Assembly (NCBI GenBank): GCA_036172245.1 | Contig: JAYWIR010000021.1 | Location: forward strand, 434,001-498,000 | Source of the DNA: Raillietiella orientalis | Taxonomy: Eukaryota | Reading direction: 5' to 3' | Length of the DNA stretch: 64,000 nucleotides | Part shown: piece by piece, positions 28,105 through 38,600 of the stretch | Layout of the letters: each line of letters opens with the position of its first letter | Numbering within the stretch: position 1 is the first letter of the stretch | Translations under genes and position numbers: made by a program | Notes under the pieces: generated by a model | The model's input: the letters and a program-made list of their open reading frames with translations, nothing else | Databases searched by the model: none | What the model was told of the DNA's origin: nothing

Positions 28105-28899
28105 GGGATTGTCTCGCGGCGAAGGAACGAGTTCCTGAAAGCTTCTGGAGCACAACTCGGCAAAGGATACTGGCGGCGATTGCCAGAGCATCTCCTGGAA
28201 GTGAACGGCACGCAATCTCGCTACCTTTCTCTTGCCAAGTGCAATCAATTTCATGGCACCGCGACGTGAGACAGGCACACGAGGGAAAAGAGGAACCGTG
28301 GAGGGAATCGTTTGCGCTTCCCGTGAGGACGATGAGGATGGGAGGGGGAGGGGAGAGGAGAAGGACTACGACGGCGGCGATGCGATGCGGGAAATGTTCC
28401 GCTTCCCTTCGCAGAGAAATACCCGGGAGCGAAAGACGGTCAACGTGCGGTCGCCACGATCACCGAGTTCACCGCATCCTGATCTATCGTGTGTTGTCTA
28501 CGGCCCGGTGTTCCTCATCAGAGAGGGAGCCGTGATCGCCTGAAACGCGATCACTTGAGCACGTGCACTCTGCTTGGATACGATCGAACGGACTTCAACA
28601 CGCGCTGCTTGAAGCCAATCCCATCCCGATTTTCTAATTAAAAGGGGAGAGGAGGGGTCCCCCTTGAGGGCATCGATTTTCTTCTTCTTCTTCGATCGGA
28701 CGAGCAGCACAAAAGTTGGAAAGCACACAACCATCGCGGTCACGGCAGCTGAGAAATGATTTTTAAGGCAGGGCGGGGGTTCTCCCGCACCGGGAGCTGC
28801 CCAACATCGGGAACGCCTGCCATCAGAAGACGCTTCTGATGACGGAAACCGCTGTAAGAAAATTTGGAGCGATTCAGTAACGGCGGGCGTCTTATTCTC

Positions 28900-29750
28900 A
28901 GCTCCGGAAGCACCTCTGCGAGGCAAGGAGGAAGGGGAGGGGCGAAGAAAAACACCCTCCCCCTGCATAGGGAACCGGGATGCCACCTACGGAAAAAGGC
29001 CCGATCGATCTGGTTTCCCGGGGAGCCGCTCCGTGGAAAGCACGCACGTCGCCTGGAATGCTTGAAGGGGGCTCTCCGCACGCGCAGTAAGGAGGCAGAA
29101 GGAACGCTCCGAAGCGTGTCGCACTCGCACGTGAGCGGCAGGTTTCTCCCCCGGTGGCTGCGCGAATGCAAGAGCCTAACAGGCCCCCGGATCGATGGGC
29201 CTCCGGAAGGAGAAACACCCTGTTCCCGGCTCCTCCCGCGAGCGGATGCCACGGCGCTTTTCGCAGCCTTCGCATCCCGAGTTTACGCATCTCGCATTTA
29301 GACGCTGGCTGCTCTCGCGTGATCCGGTCGTTCTTGCAGAAAAGATAGGGAAGGGGTGCAAAAGGAGCGCCGCCCGGACCGAACACGGAACCTCCATCCT
29401 TCGCCGTCCTTGATCTCGAGACGACTTCGTGGACGGCGAAGACAGATCTCGCGCAACCACCATCACCGAACTGCAAGAGATGGGAGGGGCGAGACGGACA
29501 GACCACCGCGTGGATGAGGAGGAAAGGCGTGCGCCAACACTTCGTGGCCCTCGTCCTGCTGCACTCTGCTAGAATCCAGGCTGGCCGTAAAGCGCAAAGA
29601 AACACTCTGCTACGATGACGCGGACGCGACCATCCATCGCCGCCATCGCTGCCGAGGCCAGCCGAGAGAGGGCCAGCCGCAGCAGGTCACGGGAGCGGTG
29701 TACTCCTCCGCAAGTGCAGCGGCGAAGAATGCACCGGGTCATCACGGTTC
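28900..29750 (+). mobile_element. Decayed Merlin/IS1595-like transposase relic (GC-rich)
   Basis: CHLRKKARSIWF, RWLREC, PRIDGP..RADATALF, RRWLL, QHFV in order. Confidence 0.4.
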
Positions 29751-30094
29751 TGCCGACACGGCTCGCGTTTCGAACTGGAAATTCCTCGGCCGAATTGGTG
29801 GAATGAGGTGGGATGGGTTGAGAGGGCGTGGCGCCACCTCCCGCCCCGGGCAGGCGGCGCGAGGTGGGTCGTCTCGAAAGCAACGCACGGGCAGGTGCGG
29901 GCAGCGAAGGAGCAAACGGATAAGACTTCCTGCCACCTTAGGGATGTTTGTGTCTCTCTTTGTATGTCTCCTCCTCCTTTCTCCCCTCTCCTCCCCACCT
30001 TGAGGGTACCCCTTCCCCGAATCCACCCACTTGTTCCACGTTCCGTGCCCGGAGCTTCCTCGGCCGTCGACTTCCTTCCCCTTCCTTCCTCCAT

Positions 30095-30960
30095 GCCCGC
30101 GTCGGAGGCCACTTGGTTGCGGTCTCCGCGCGTGGCACCAGGCGCCGAGGGTTCGAATCCCGCCCGGGGAAGGATCGACGCTGAGAAACGGGTGGGTTCG
30201 GGTTCCTCCCACATGATGACGATGGTTAGCCTCCACTCGGGTGCGGCAGCACTGGTGGAAGCCGGATGCCCATGATGAGGGGCTGGGATCGGGAGTCGAC
30301 CCTCCGGGTTCTTCCAGGAAACAATGAAAGAGTGGAACCTTCCCCCGGTTGTGCTAAGGAGCGAGGACCCCCTTCGGGGAAGGACCCTCCGTCTCATAGC
30401 ATGGAGCCGGTGTGGCACCTCTTCATAGTGCAAAGAAGCGCTTTGCTCCATTCGGGGAGCCCCGCCCCTTTGAGAAAATTCGGAGGTGTCCCTTCGGGGC
30501 CGTCTTCAGAGGAGGAGGAAACAGGGAGTGGTTCCTTTTCGGGGTCCCTCCGAAGACAACCAGGGCGGGGGATTCCCTTCGGGGACCCCTCCCCAGGCTT
30601 GAGAGGGACGGACTCCCTTCCCCGGAGCCCTTCCTGGATTCGTAAGGCACCCCCTATCTTCAAGATAGGGGGTATCCCGGGAGGCTCGCCGACCCGCACC
30701 TAAAGGTCCCCCCCCCCTCAGGTGCGGGTCGCCGGAGTCGGTCCCGCCGCCACACCTGCCTTGGGTGGCTGTAGCGTCCTCCTCGTACTGGTTGCAGGAG
30801 GCTGGAGCCAGCGCTCCTGCCCTCCAGAACACCGCGCCCGTGACCTGCCGCGGCGGACCTCCCTCGGCTGGCCCCCGGAGCGATGACAATGATGGATGGC
30901 TGCAACAACATCATCGTCACGGGGAGACGGCAACGACGACGACGCGGAGGGAGGTCACCG
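30095..30960 (+). mobile_element. tRNA-headed structured repeat (SINE-like), copy B; ends approximate
   Basis: A-box-like ggaggccacttggttgcgg, GGTTCGAATCCC (30150-30161), aggatcga, core gcactggtggaag (30249-30261), many hairpins, short (acg)n near the end. Confidence 0.75.
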
Positions 30961-33799
30961 AGATGACAGCCTCCGCCTACATGGGGCGAGATGGCTGCGA
31001 AGTGGAAGTGAAGGATAGTGGTGGCCGGTGTCTAGCACCGGTTTTGAAACGAAGGGGTGGCGGACACAGGTGACCCCTGTCCCCTACCCTCTATTTAATT
31101 TTGCTTTTTTTAAAAAAACCAAAAATTGCCCCTTTCGTTCCGAACCTTCCCCGGCTTTTATTTATTTATTTATCGTGGTTCGGATGGAACGACGCCAAAG
31201 GCCCCTCCTCCCACGCTTCCTTCGTGTTTTGTTTTGTTTTATCGTCTCCTCCGTCCCGCTCCCAGCTTCCCAGATGTCCGCGAACCCTCCCCCTGAGACT
31301 TCTTTCGTCTTCAGTTGAGAACCAGAACGCGTTCCCGACCGGCGCCCTTGCTTTTGTGGAACAAACGCCCCCCGGGCGTGACCGGGTGGGGAACGCGTCC
31401 CTCCGACCGCATCTCTCTGTCGGCTCGGTTTCCAGCTCCTCCCGACAGCTGGCCGTCGCAACGAAGGGTGAGCGGGACTCCCCTCTCGCCGGCAACTCCA
31501 TCTCATCCATCCCTGGTTCGCTCCCAAAGGACGTTGCCCTTTGACGTCAACTCCTGCCCCTTCGTCCCGGCCGCGGTGACGAGACCCTGAGACCCCTCCG
31601 CCGGCCCCTCCTCCGATGTGCCTCCTCGCTTCGTGAAAGCGCAGCGGAGAGTCTCCCAGTCCTCTCTGCATTCCTCCTCCCGGATCTCGGATCGTTCCTG
31701 CTGCCGCCGACCCCGGACTCTCGGAGTTCCCGTTTTCCCACTCCTCGTCCCTTTCGGACGCTTCCTCTTCCTTAGCCACTTCTGACCGCACCCTTCCTGC
31801 CGTCCTTACAGCCGGCCAGGGGTCCCTTCCCGTCGGGTCTGCTCCTCCTCCCTGCAAGTCCTGGTTCCCAGGAGCCCATCTGCCTCTCTCTCGGGCAGCG
31901 TTCGGTCCCCGCGCGGCGCGTGGATCCCCTGAGGCTGTGAGTCCCACGCGATAGCGCATCGAAAATCCTCTCCGAGACCTCAGGGTGCTACTCGCCGACG
32001 GGGAGGACACCTCGTCGCGCCCGCGTCCTGGATGGGACATGCAGCCAGATCCCGGCGAAGCGGACAGCACCTCCCGGAACGTTTTTCTTGGCCCTTGTCG
32101 ATCTCACGAGCGCTTCACAAGCGGTCCCTCACGAGCGTCGCAGCGCCTCGCCTGAAGGCGGCGACGGCTGCACAGAAGGGACGGCAACAATCCGGGACGT
32201 TTTCCTGGAAGCGCACGTCTGGACCCAGTCCTTCGGTGAAGCGCCTCCGGGAGAAACGGGCAGCCCGGAAAGACGGGGACCTCCTCCCGGACATCTCGGG
32301 AATAGCACGGCCTCCCGATGCTTTCAGAACGCCTTCCCCATCTGGGGACGAACGCTGACAACGGAGGAGAGCAGCTGAACTTTCGGGGTCGTCCAGGGGT
32401 GGTCAAGCGGAGACTTTTTCTGAGCCCACTGGAAGAACGCCATCCGGCACAGCACGTCTTCCGTAGGTCCGCAGGGTTCTTCGCAAGCACCCCTCGCCGG
32501 CCCGTGCAGTCGCCGCCGCCCCCGTTCGCGTATTGGCGAGAGGTCCAGCCAGGCCCCAGTCTGGGGATGCAGGCCGACACGGGAAGCTACGCCAGACGAG
32601 GCGGCAAGCCTAGGACATCATCCGGCCGCCCCTGCACCCTGCCGCGACGTCCTCGAGAGGCAGCGCCTGGAGAATCGCGACACCTCAAGAAACACGTGGA
32701 GGGCCTGGGAAATCCGGTCGGCCCGGGAGCATTTCCAGAAGAGGCGTCCATGCGCCAGCTGCCTCGCTCGGTGCTTTAAACTCTGGGGTTCTCCCGTGGC
32801 GAAGGGGGCGAAGAAGGGCTCATTCCCGCGCCCCGCCCACCACCCAGGGAGGGCTCGAGGTCTCCTCGGGAAACGAAAGGAAGAGATAAAGCGCGTCTCC
32901 CTCAGCACCAGATGGGACGTCCTGCACGGAGACACCCCTGTGGTGCGGACGCTGCGGGCGTCGAAGACACAGGAAGGGAAGCTGTGCGCGCCAGTTTCGT
33001 CGGCCCTATCTTTTCCACCGGGGGCGGCATGACATGCGTGACAGAGGAGTACCCGGACGCGCCAGCAACCTAGCGCGCCCCGACACCTTCTGCCCCCGGG
33101 CCGTGGAGGACCGTTCAGCCCTTCGGCGCCTCCCGAGCTTGGCGCGCATCCCTCTGCGCAAGGACACTAGCAAAAATCCTCCGAGACGGGTTCCGTTTGA
33201 AACGCGCCCCCCCCCGCGCGTCTAGCAAACGGCAAATCTTAGAACGACCTGCATGAAAACGAGAGGACCGGCCCGCCGGAGGAGACGCTGAGGGAATTCG
33301 GCCCACGTGCGCCCGTCGCGACCCGGCTGACCACCCTATCGAAAGCACTGCGAAACGCAGGAGGGTCGCTGGAAAAATCAGGCCGGAAGTCGGGAAGCAA
33401 GTCGGCAGGTCCAGCGGCTGGAAGATCCCGGCCGGCAGTGCAGACCAGGGAGCGAGCCCGAAACCCCTGGAGCTCGCTCCATGTGCTGGGGAGAACACCG
33501 CGAGAGATCTGTAGGAGAGGGGAGGGGAGCCGCGAATGCGCGCATATGAGGGTCGAGAAGGCTCCATGGGCGATGAGCGATCTCGTCGTTGGGCCTTCTG
33601 CACTCTCCGCTCTAAAGGTCGAGGAGCGTGCAGAAGGCACGAGTCGTGCTGCCGGGCGAGGCGGGAGACCCCCGCGGCTCGTCTCGAGGGGCTACTCTCA
33701 AAAGTGGGGTTCCCGCTGACCGATCCACGGGGTCGCATCTCGAAATTGCGCGCGCTCAGCTGGCCGCCAAGTGGAGGGGGGGGGGGGAGGGGAAGCAAA

Positions 33800-34600
33800 A
33801 GGGTGTCGGTGGATGAAGCGAAGAGTGGAAAACATCTCGCTGGAAACGAGAGATGTTCGTAGATCACCAAGTCCAGAGGGGAGCGTCAAGCATCCTGCCT
33901 GGGGCACGCTCCTTGAAGTGGTCAGCAAAGCACTTGAGAACCGCTCGCCTGCCACCTCACGGAGCTCTCTGGCACCGTTCAACCCACCCAGGGTGTGCGT
34001 TTGGCCCTTCAAGATGGAGGGTATCCCGGGAGGGGACCCAGGAATGCTCTGGAGGAGGAGGGAAGTCGTCTCTTCCTCTTAGGTATGGAAAGGAACCCTC
34101 GCCCTCGTTCTCTACGGAGAGACCCGCGGAGGGGGCCGCTCCTGGCATTTCTTTCCCGGAAGAAATCCGCAAGGGGACTGCTCACTGTTTCTTCTCTCCT
34201 CGGAAGAGAACCCCGAAGAGGCGCCTCCGAATTTCTCCGAGAGGTCGTTCCTCGAAGGGAGTAGCGCGCTTCTTGCACTCTGGACAGGCATCAACCAGCT
34301 TTATGTTATGCGGCTCTCCTTGGGCAACCAGAGGGGGGGAGAGCGAACCACGGAGAGCTTCTGGATTCCAAAGGGCCAACTTCCAATGTCAGGGACCTGT
34401 TCCGAATGGGGCATCCGTCTTCCACCAATGCTGCCGCACCCAAATAAAGGCCAACCAGCGTCATCTCGCGGGGCAACTCGAACCACGACGCATCCCCCAT
34501 TTCTCTGGCACGGTCGATCCTTCACCAGGCGGTGGGATTCGAACACCTGGTACCACGCGCGGTGGGCCTCCGCAGCCGCACGGCCGCCCTCGCGGGACAC
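33800..34600 (-). mobile_element. tRNA-headed structured repeat (SINE-like), copy C; ends approximate
   Basis: Reverse strand has GTTCGAATCCC (34544-34534) and gcattggtggaag (34431-34419). Its body gtgcaagaagcgc...aaattcggagg...cttcgggg...gaaacag aligns with copy B 30428-30525. Confidence 0.75.
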
Positions 34601-34699
34601 TCAGGGTGGTCAGGAAAGTCTGCCCATGGCCCTGGCGGACGGCAGTCCCTGGAGATTCTCGTCTGGCATGAGCGCTGGCAGATTCTTCTGGCCCGGTGC

Positions 34700-35420
34700 G
34701 AGGGAGGGCGCGACGAGTTTGCAGGTGGCGTGGACGCGGATATGCAGCAGCCGACGAGGCGTAACGTGGTCTTTCAACGTGGCCGACTCCAGGGTCGCCC
34801 CCGCCGGAGATCCCACCTGCAGCGAACACGTGAGAGTGGACCCCTCCCTGGACAGAACAACCCCGGCGTTCCCTACCGGCCGGCACCCCTAGTCGGCGCC
34901 GCGCCCGCGGACGCCGAAATCGCGCTCGAGGAGGCCCGCTGGCAGGGCCGCTTCGAGCGTTCGGATTGGTTGCGCCCGATCTCGGCACGGAGGCGGTGCC
35001 GACCACGTGCGCAGGAGATTCACAGCCTCCCCAGAACGTCCGCGAGACGAGTGCTCGGAGCGTGAAATGCATCTGCCGGGTTCCCTTCTCACGGACCGGG
35101 AACGGAACGGGAGGGACCCGGGAAGTTCGCACCCGCTTCGAGGCTGCAGCGCAGATCTTGCCTTCCTTCCTCCTCTTCCGCGCGAACCACCGGAACTTCT
35201 TCTCGGCTTCTCGGGGATGCAGCATCAGCAGGGGTCCACGGCCTGCCCGAACGGCGGACTCCTCGAGGTACAGATCTTCGTTGACACTCTCTCACCTCGA
35301 GCTCCTCTGGCGGACGCTGGGCATCAGAGCAAGGAACGGGTGGGGGAAGAAACGACAGGAAGACATGAGCCATTTATAGGAAGGACATTCGAAGACCGCC
35401 TGCGGCTTTACCTGGAGGAC
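34700..35420 (+). mobile_element. Decayed Merlin/IS1595-like transposase relic (GC-rich)
   Basis: LPRTSARRVL, EMHLPGSLLTD (cf. HILPGSII.SD), RANHRNFFS (cf. VNHS.NFVD), SHLELLWRTL (cf. NIESLW). Confidence 0.55.
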
Positions 35421-35521
35421 TGAGAAGTTCGGACGAGACTCTCGCCTGGCATCGCGGAAAAAACACGCGCGCGCAGCGATTCCGAGGAAGTCGGCACGCA
35501 CTCGAGGCGGAAGAATCCTTT

Positions 35522-35545
35522 TCTCTCTCTCTCTCTCTCTCTCTC
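35522..35545. repeat. (TC)n microsatellite
   Basis: Direct read; lies just after a transposase relic. Confidence 0.9.
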
Positions 35546-36666
35546 CCCTCCCCCCCTCCAACCCCCCTGTTTCTCTGAGTTCGTGTTTCTCCTGTTTTCA
35601 TCCTTTCCTTCTAACCGACGACCAGTACGTCGCCCGAATCGATCCACAAAAATTCCTCATCCGAAGACAGCAAACAGGCAGACTTTTGAGAAAGAAATTC
35701 AGCACGAGCAGCTGCTGCTGCCCCTCTTCACGTCGCGCCTTGCCTCCCGGGGAAACCACGCTGAAAGTCGTCTCCCCGGTTAAAAAGTAAAAACATAAAT
35801 TCAGTGCCAGGGAAAACGAGCGCAGAAAATCTCAAGAAAAACACGAACTAAGAAAAAAAAAAAAGAATGCCTTCCTTCCTTTTTGTCGAAGGTGATGTCT
35901 CAGCCTCCAAGAAAACCGCGTTCTTTTTCCCCATCTACCAGCTCTGGACCCCTGCGTTTCTTTCCGGATAATATGATTCCTGTGTCTTCCTGAAGTTCAT
36001 ACTTTTAACCTTCGGCTAGCAAAAGCATCGTCTTCGGAAATGCAATAAACAATTTTCCAATTTATACGCCAAAAACCTTATCTAAAGATAAGATAAGAAG
36101 CAACAGTCCTTCATTATCTTTGGAAGCAAGATCTGATTTAATGGAAGACAATTTCGCTCCCCGAAACGGAACTCCCTGCTATTTTGAAACCGCCTTATCC
36201 TCGAAACTTCGCCGCAGTGCTTGCGCCTCATGAGCAGTTTAATTCTCTCTTGCCTGCAAATTGGGTTGAGGTCACCTGGCAACACTGAGCCGAAGATCAC
36301 CATAGGCGCTAACTTGTACTTGTCGGCCTGAAAATCGGAGAAGCAACTTTGTAGTACAGTTGGTTTCCTTGCAACCAGATCAGAATTCGCTTCGAATCCA
36401 TGGTGCTGAATTGCACCGATTCTGGAGAGGAAAAGTTCGTCAGAGATACGAGGGCAAGAAAGTTAATCCAGTTGAAACGTTTGCATTTTACTCAATCAGT
36501 CGATGCTGTCTGTCATGCGGGGTGTTACGGAAACTCTCCTTCTTAAGTGAACTTTGGCATGCAGTTTGAATCTACTTGTGTTCTTTATTTAGAGGTTCAA
36601 TCCACAAATCCATGTAGAAGATTCGTCCTTGTCTAAACTGTTCATCGCTGCAGTTTTCTTGGAAAA

Positions 36667-36687
36667 ACACACACACACACACACACA
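36667..36687. repeat. (AC)n microsatellite
   Basis: Direct read. Confidence 0.9.
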
Positions 36688-37899
36688 TGCGAAATCGGTG
36701 TATGCGACCTCGTTAAGTGGGTAATTTATATCTTTTAAAACACACGGATTGCTCAAAGGCGTGTGAATAACTTTGCTGAATACCCACCGAGTAATTGTCC
36801 GATTTCGATACCTAACGAAGTTCCTCGAAATGCTGCTGATACAGGATTACCACCAGGGACCGTTGGTTTACCACATAGCGAAACGTGAATAATAAAAGTA
36901 GAGTGAACCAAACTTTGAAGCTTTAGCTTCTTACGATACCTTCCTATCCTTGAAAGTATTTTTGTATTCGCAAAAAAACACCCAGGGGATTAAAGGGTTT
37001 TTTAAAATCACATTCAATGGTCTCCTACATGAAAACTTTCAAGTCTACTTCAGATAATGTACACAGGATTCATAATCAGCAATTACATCTTTATCATGTT
37101 GTTTCTTTACTCTTCTTTTCTTTCCCTTTTTTTTTCTTTTTCTCCCTTTGCGACTGGAAGCTACAAAGGATTATACGTGATGCAGATTCAAACCAGGATA
37201 TAATATGTAAGTTAATGGATAATGTTTTCATTAACATGGTTTTATGACAGTACAGTAAGCAGAATACATTCTAACACAGTTGATGCTGTACGTCTTTTGT
37301 TTTTCTTTTTGATGATCCAAGTGGATATCATATGAGTAGCGTTTCTCTTCAAGGGATAGCATCGCTGAACATCGTAGTTACTACTTCATGGGAAATCATA
37401 ATGGAGGTGACACAATCATTTCGATCATTCGTGATTCATTTATTTCTCTTGAAAAATGCGGATCAAGAACTTGCTGATTGATTCTGATACCCTTGTCTCA
37501 AGATCTCTATGAAGTGATCAAAACATAAGGCAAACCTTCAAGGTGAACATGACTGTGAAGAGAACGTAATTCTTATTGAGAACCATTTTTTTTTTTTCCT
37601 ACAAAATGAGAACATCATTTAGTTTTTTGGCAGTGGCATTTCGTTTGATATCATGTTAATCAATGAATTATTTTAATCAGCAGACAGAACAAATCTCAAC
37701 AAACGTCTTGCAACAGAATTGACTCATGTATGTATTCATTTTCGGGGTCGATACGTTGTTGCATGTGAAGGAATCAATATCTCTCAAGTTGCATGGACAC
37801 CGAGTCTGCAACCAATAATAAGATTTATACGGCGACTGTATACCGTACCTATTCGTTTAGTTTAAGAGATTTTAATGGAATCTGTTTTCGGTTGCTGCG

Positions 37900-38600
37900 A
37901 GTCCCTAAATTTGAGGTTCACTGGCTGCTGCCGATATGCAAGAGGGAAAGTAAGTTTTCATCTGTCACTGCTAATCGATTTCCGGATTTGCCGTTCATAA
38001 CTGTTTTGCGCGCAAGGAAAGGAAGTTTTCAGCACGAAATTCAACTAGCGAGAATAGAATTGGTTTGCGTGCGGTATAGCAGAAGTAATATATACTTTCG
38101 AAATTTTCCTGTGGGTCTTGGCAACTCTGAAAATCAATGATTCACGGTAAGTGTACACTCTTCGCGTCCGGGAACCGGTACATCTCACCGGAGTACAAAC
38201 AAGTGCTGGGAGGGATCATTTTCACTTTTTAAAGCCCTGGAAAGGACGTGCCCATTCCATTCCGTGGATCAGACACTGCTGCGTCGTATCCGAGGGAACC
38301 TCAATCAGCTGGGGTTGCCGAGGCACGTTTGCATCCATCCAGGAAAATGTTTATCGTACCAATACTCGAAAGCTCTGTGACCAGTTGGTCATAAGGAATG
38401 AAAAGAGTGCATCACGAACGCATCTGTGCCGTGCTGCTCTCCCGTTCCTCATAACCGGATGCACTGGGTGTTGCTTCAGGTTTGCCCGCGTGTACCGTGT
38501 ATGCCCATTAAAGATCAGTGCTTCAGAGTGATGCTCAGGAAACGCTCGGGAGTTTCCCTCCTTTTGATGTTCTTCCATGTGAAGTGGGGAAAAAAAAGAC
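37900..38600 (+). mobile_element. Decayed Merlin/IS1595-like transposase relic
   Basis: VSEGTSISWGCRGTFASIQENVYRTNT (cf. I.PGT.I.SDCW.AY.SL...GY.H.T). Confidence 0.45.

Noticed and set aside
30095..30175. Functional tRNA gene (His-like, GTG)
   Set aside because: The B box is good but no clean cloverleaf or acceptor stem forms, and it is the head of a longer dispersed repeat.
31290..31320. Minimal hammerhead on the minus strand (CTGAAGAC GAAA)
   Set aside because: Better explained as a simple hairpin; the required flanking helices were not found.
28500..35500. Many overlapping 100-300 aa ORFs as novel genes
   Set aside because: Expected from stop-codon scarcity in GC-rich DNA; R/G/P/S-rich and overlapping repeats and relics.
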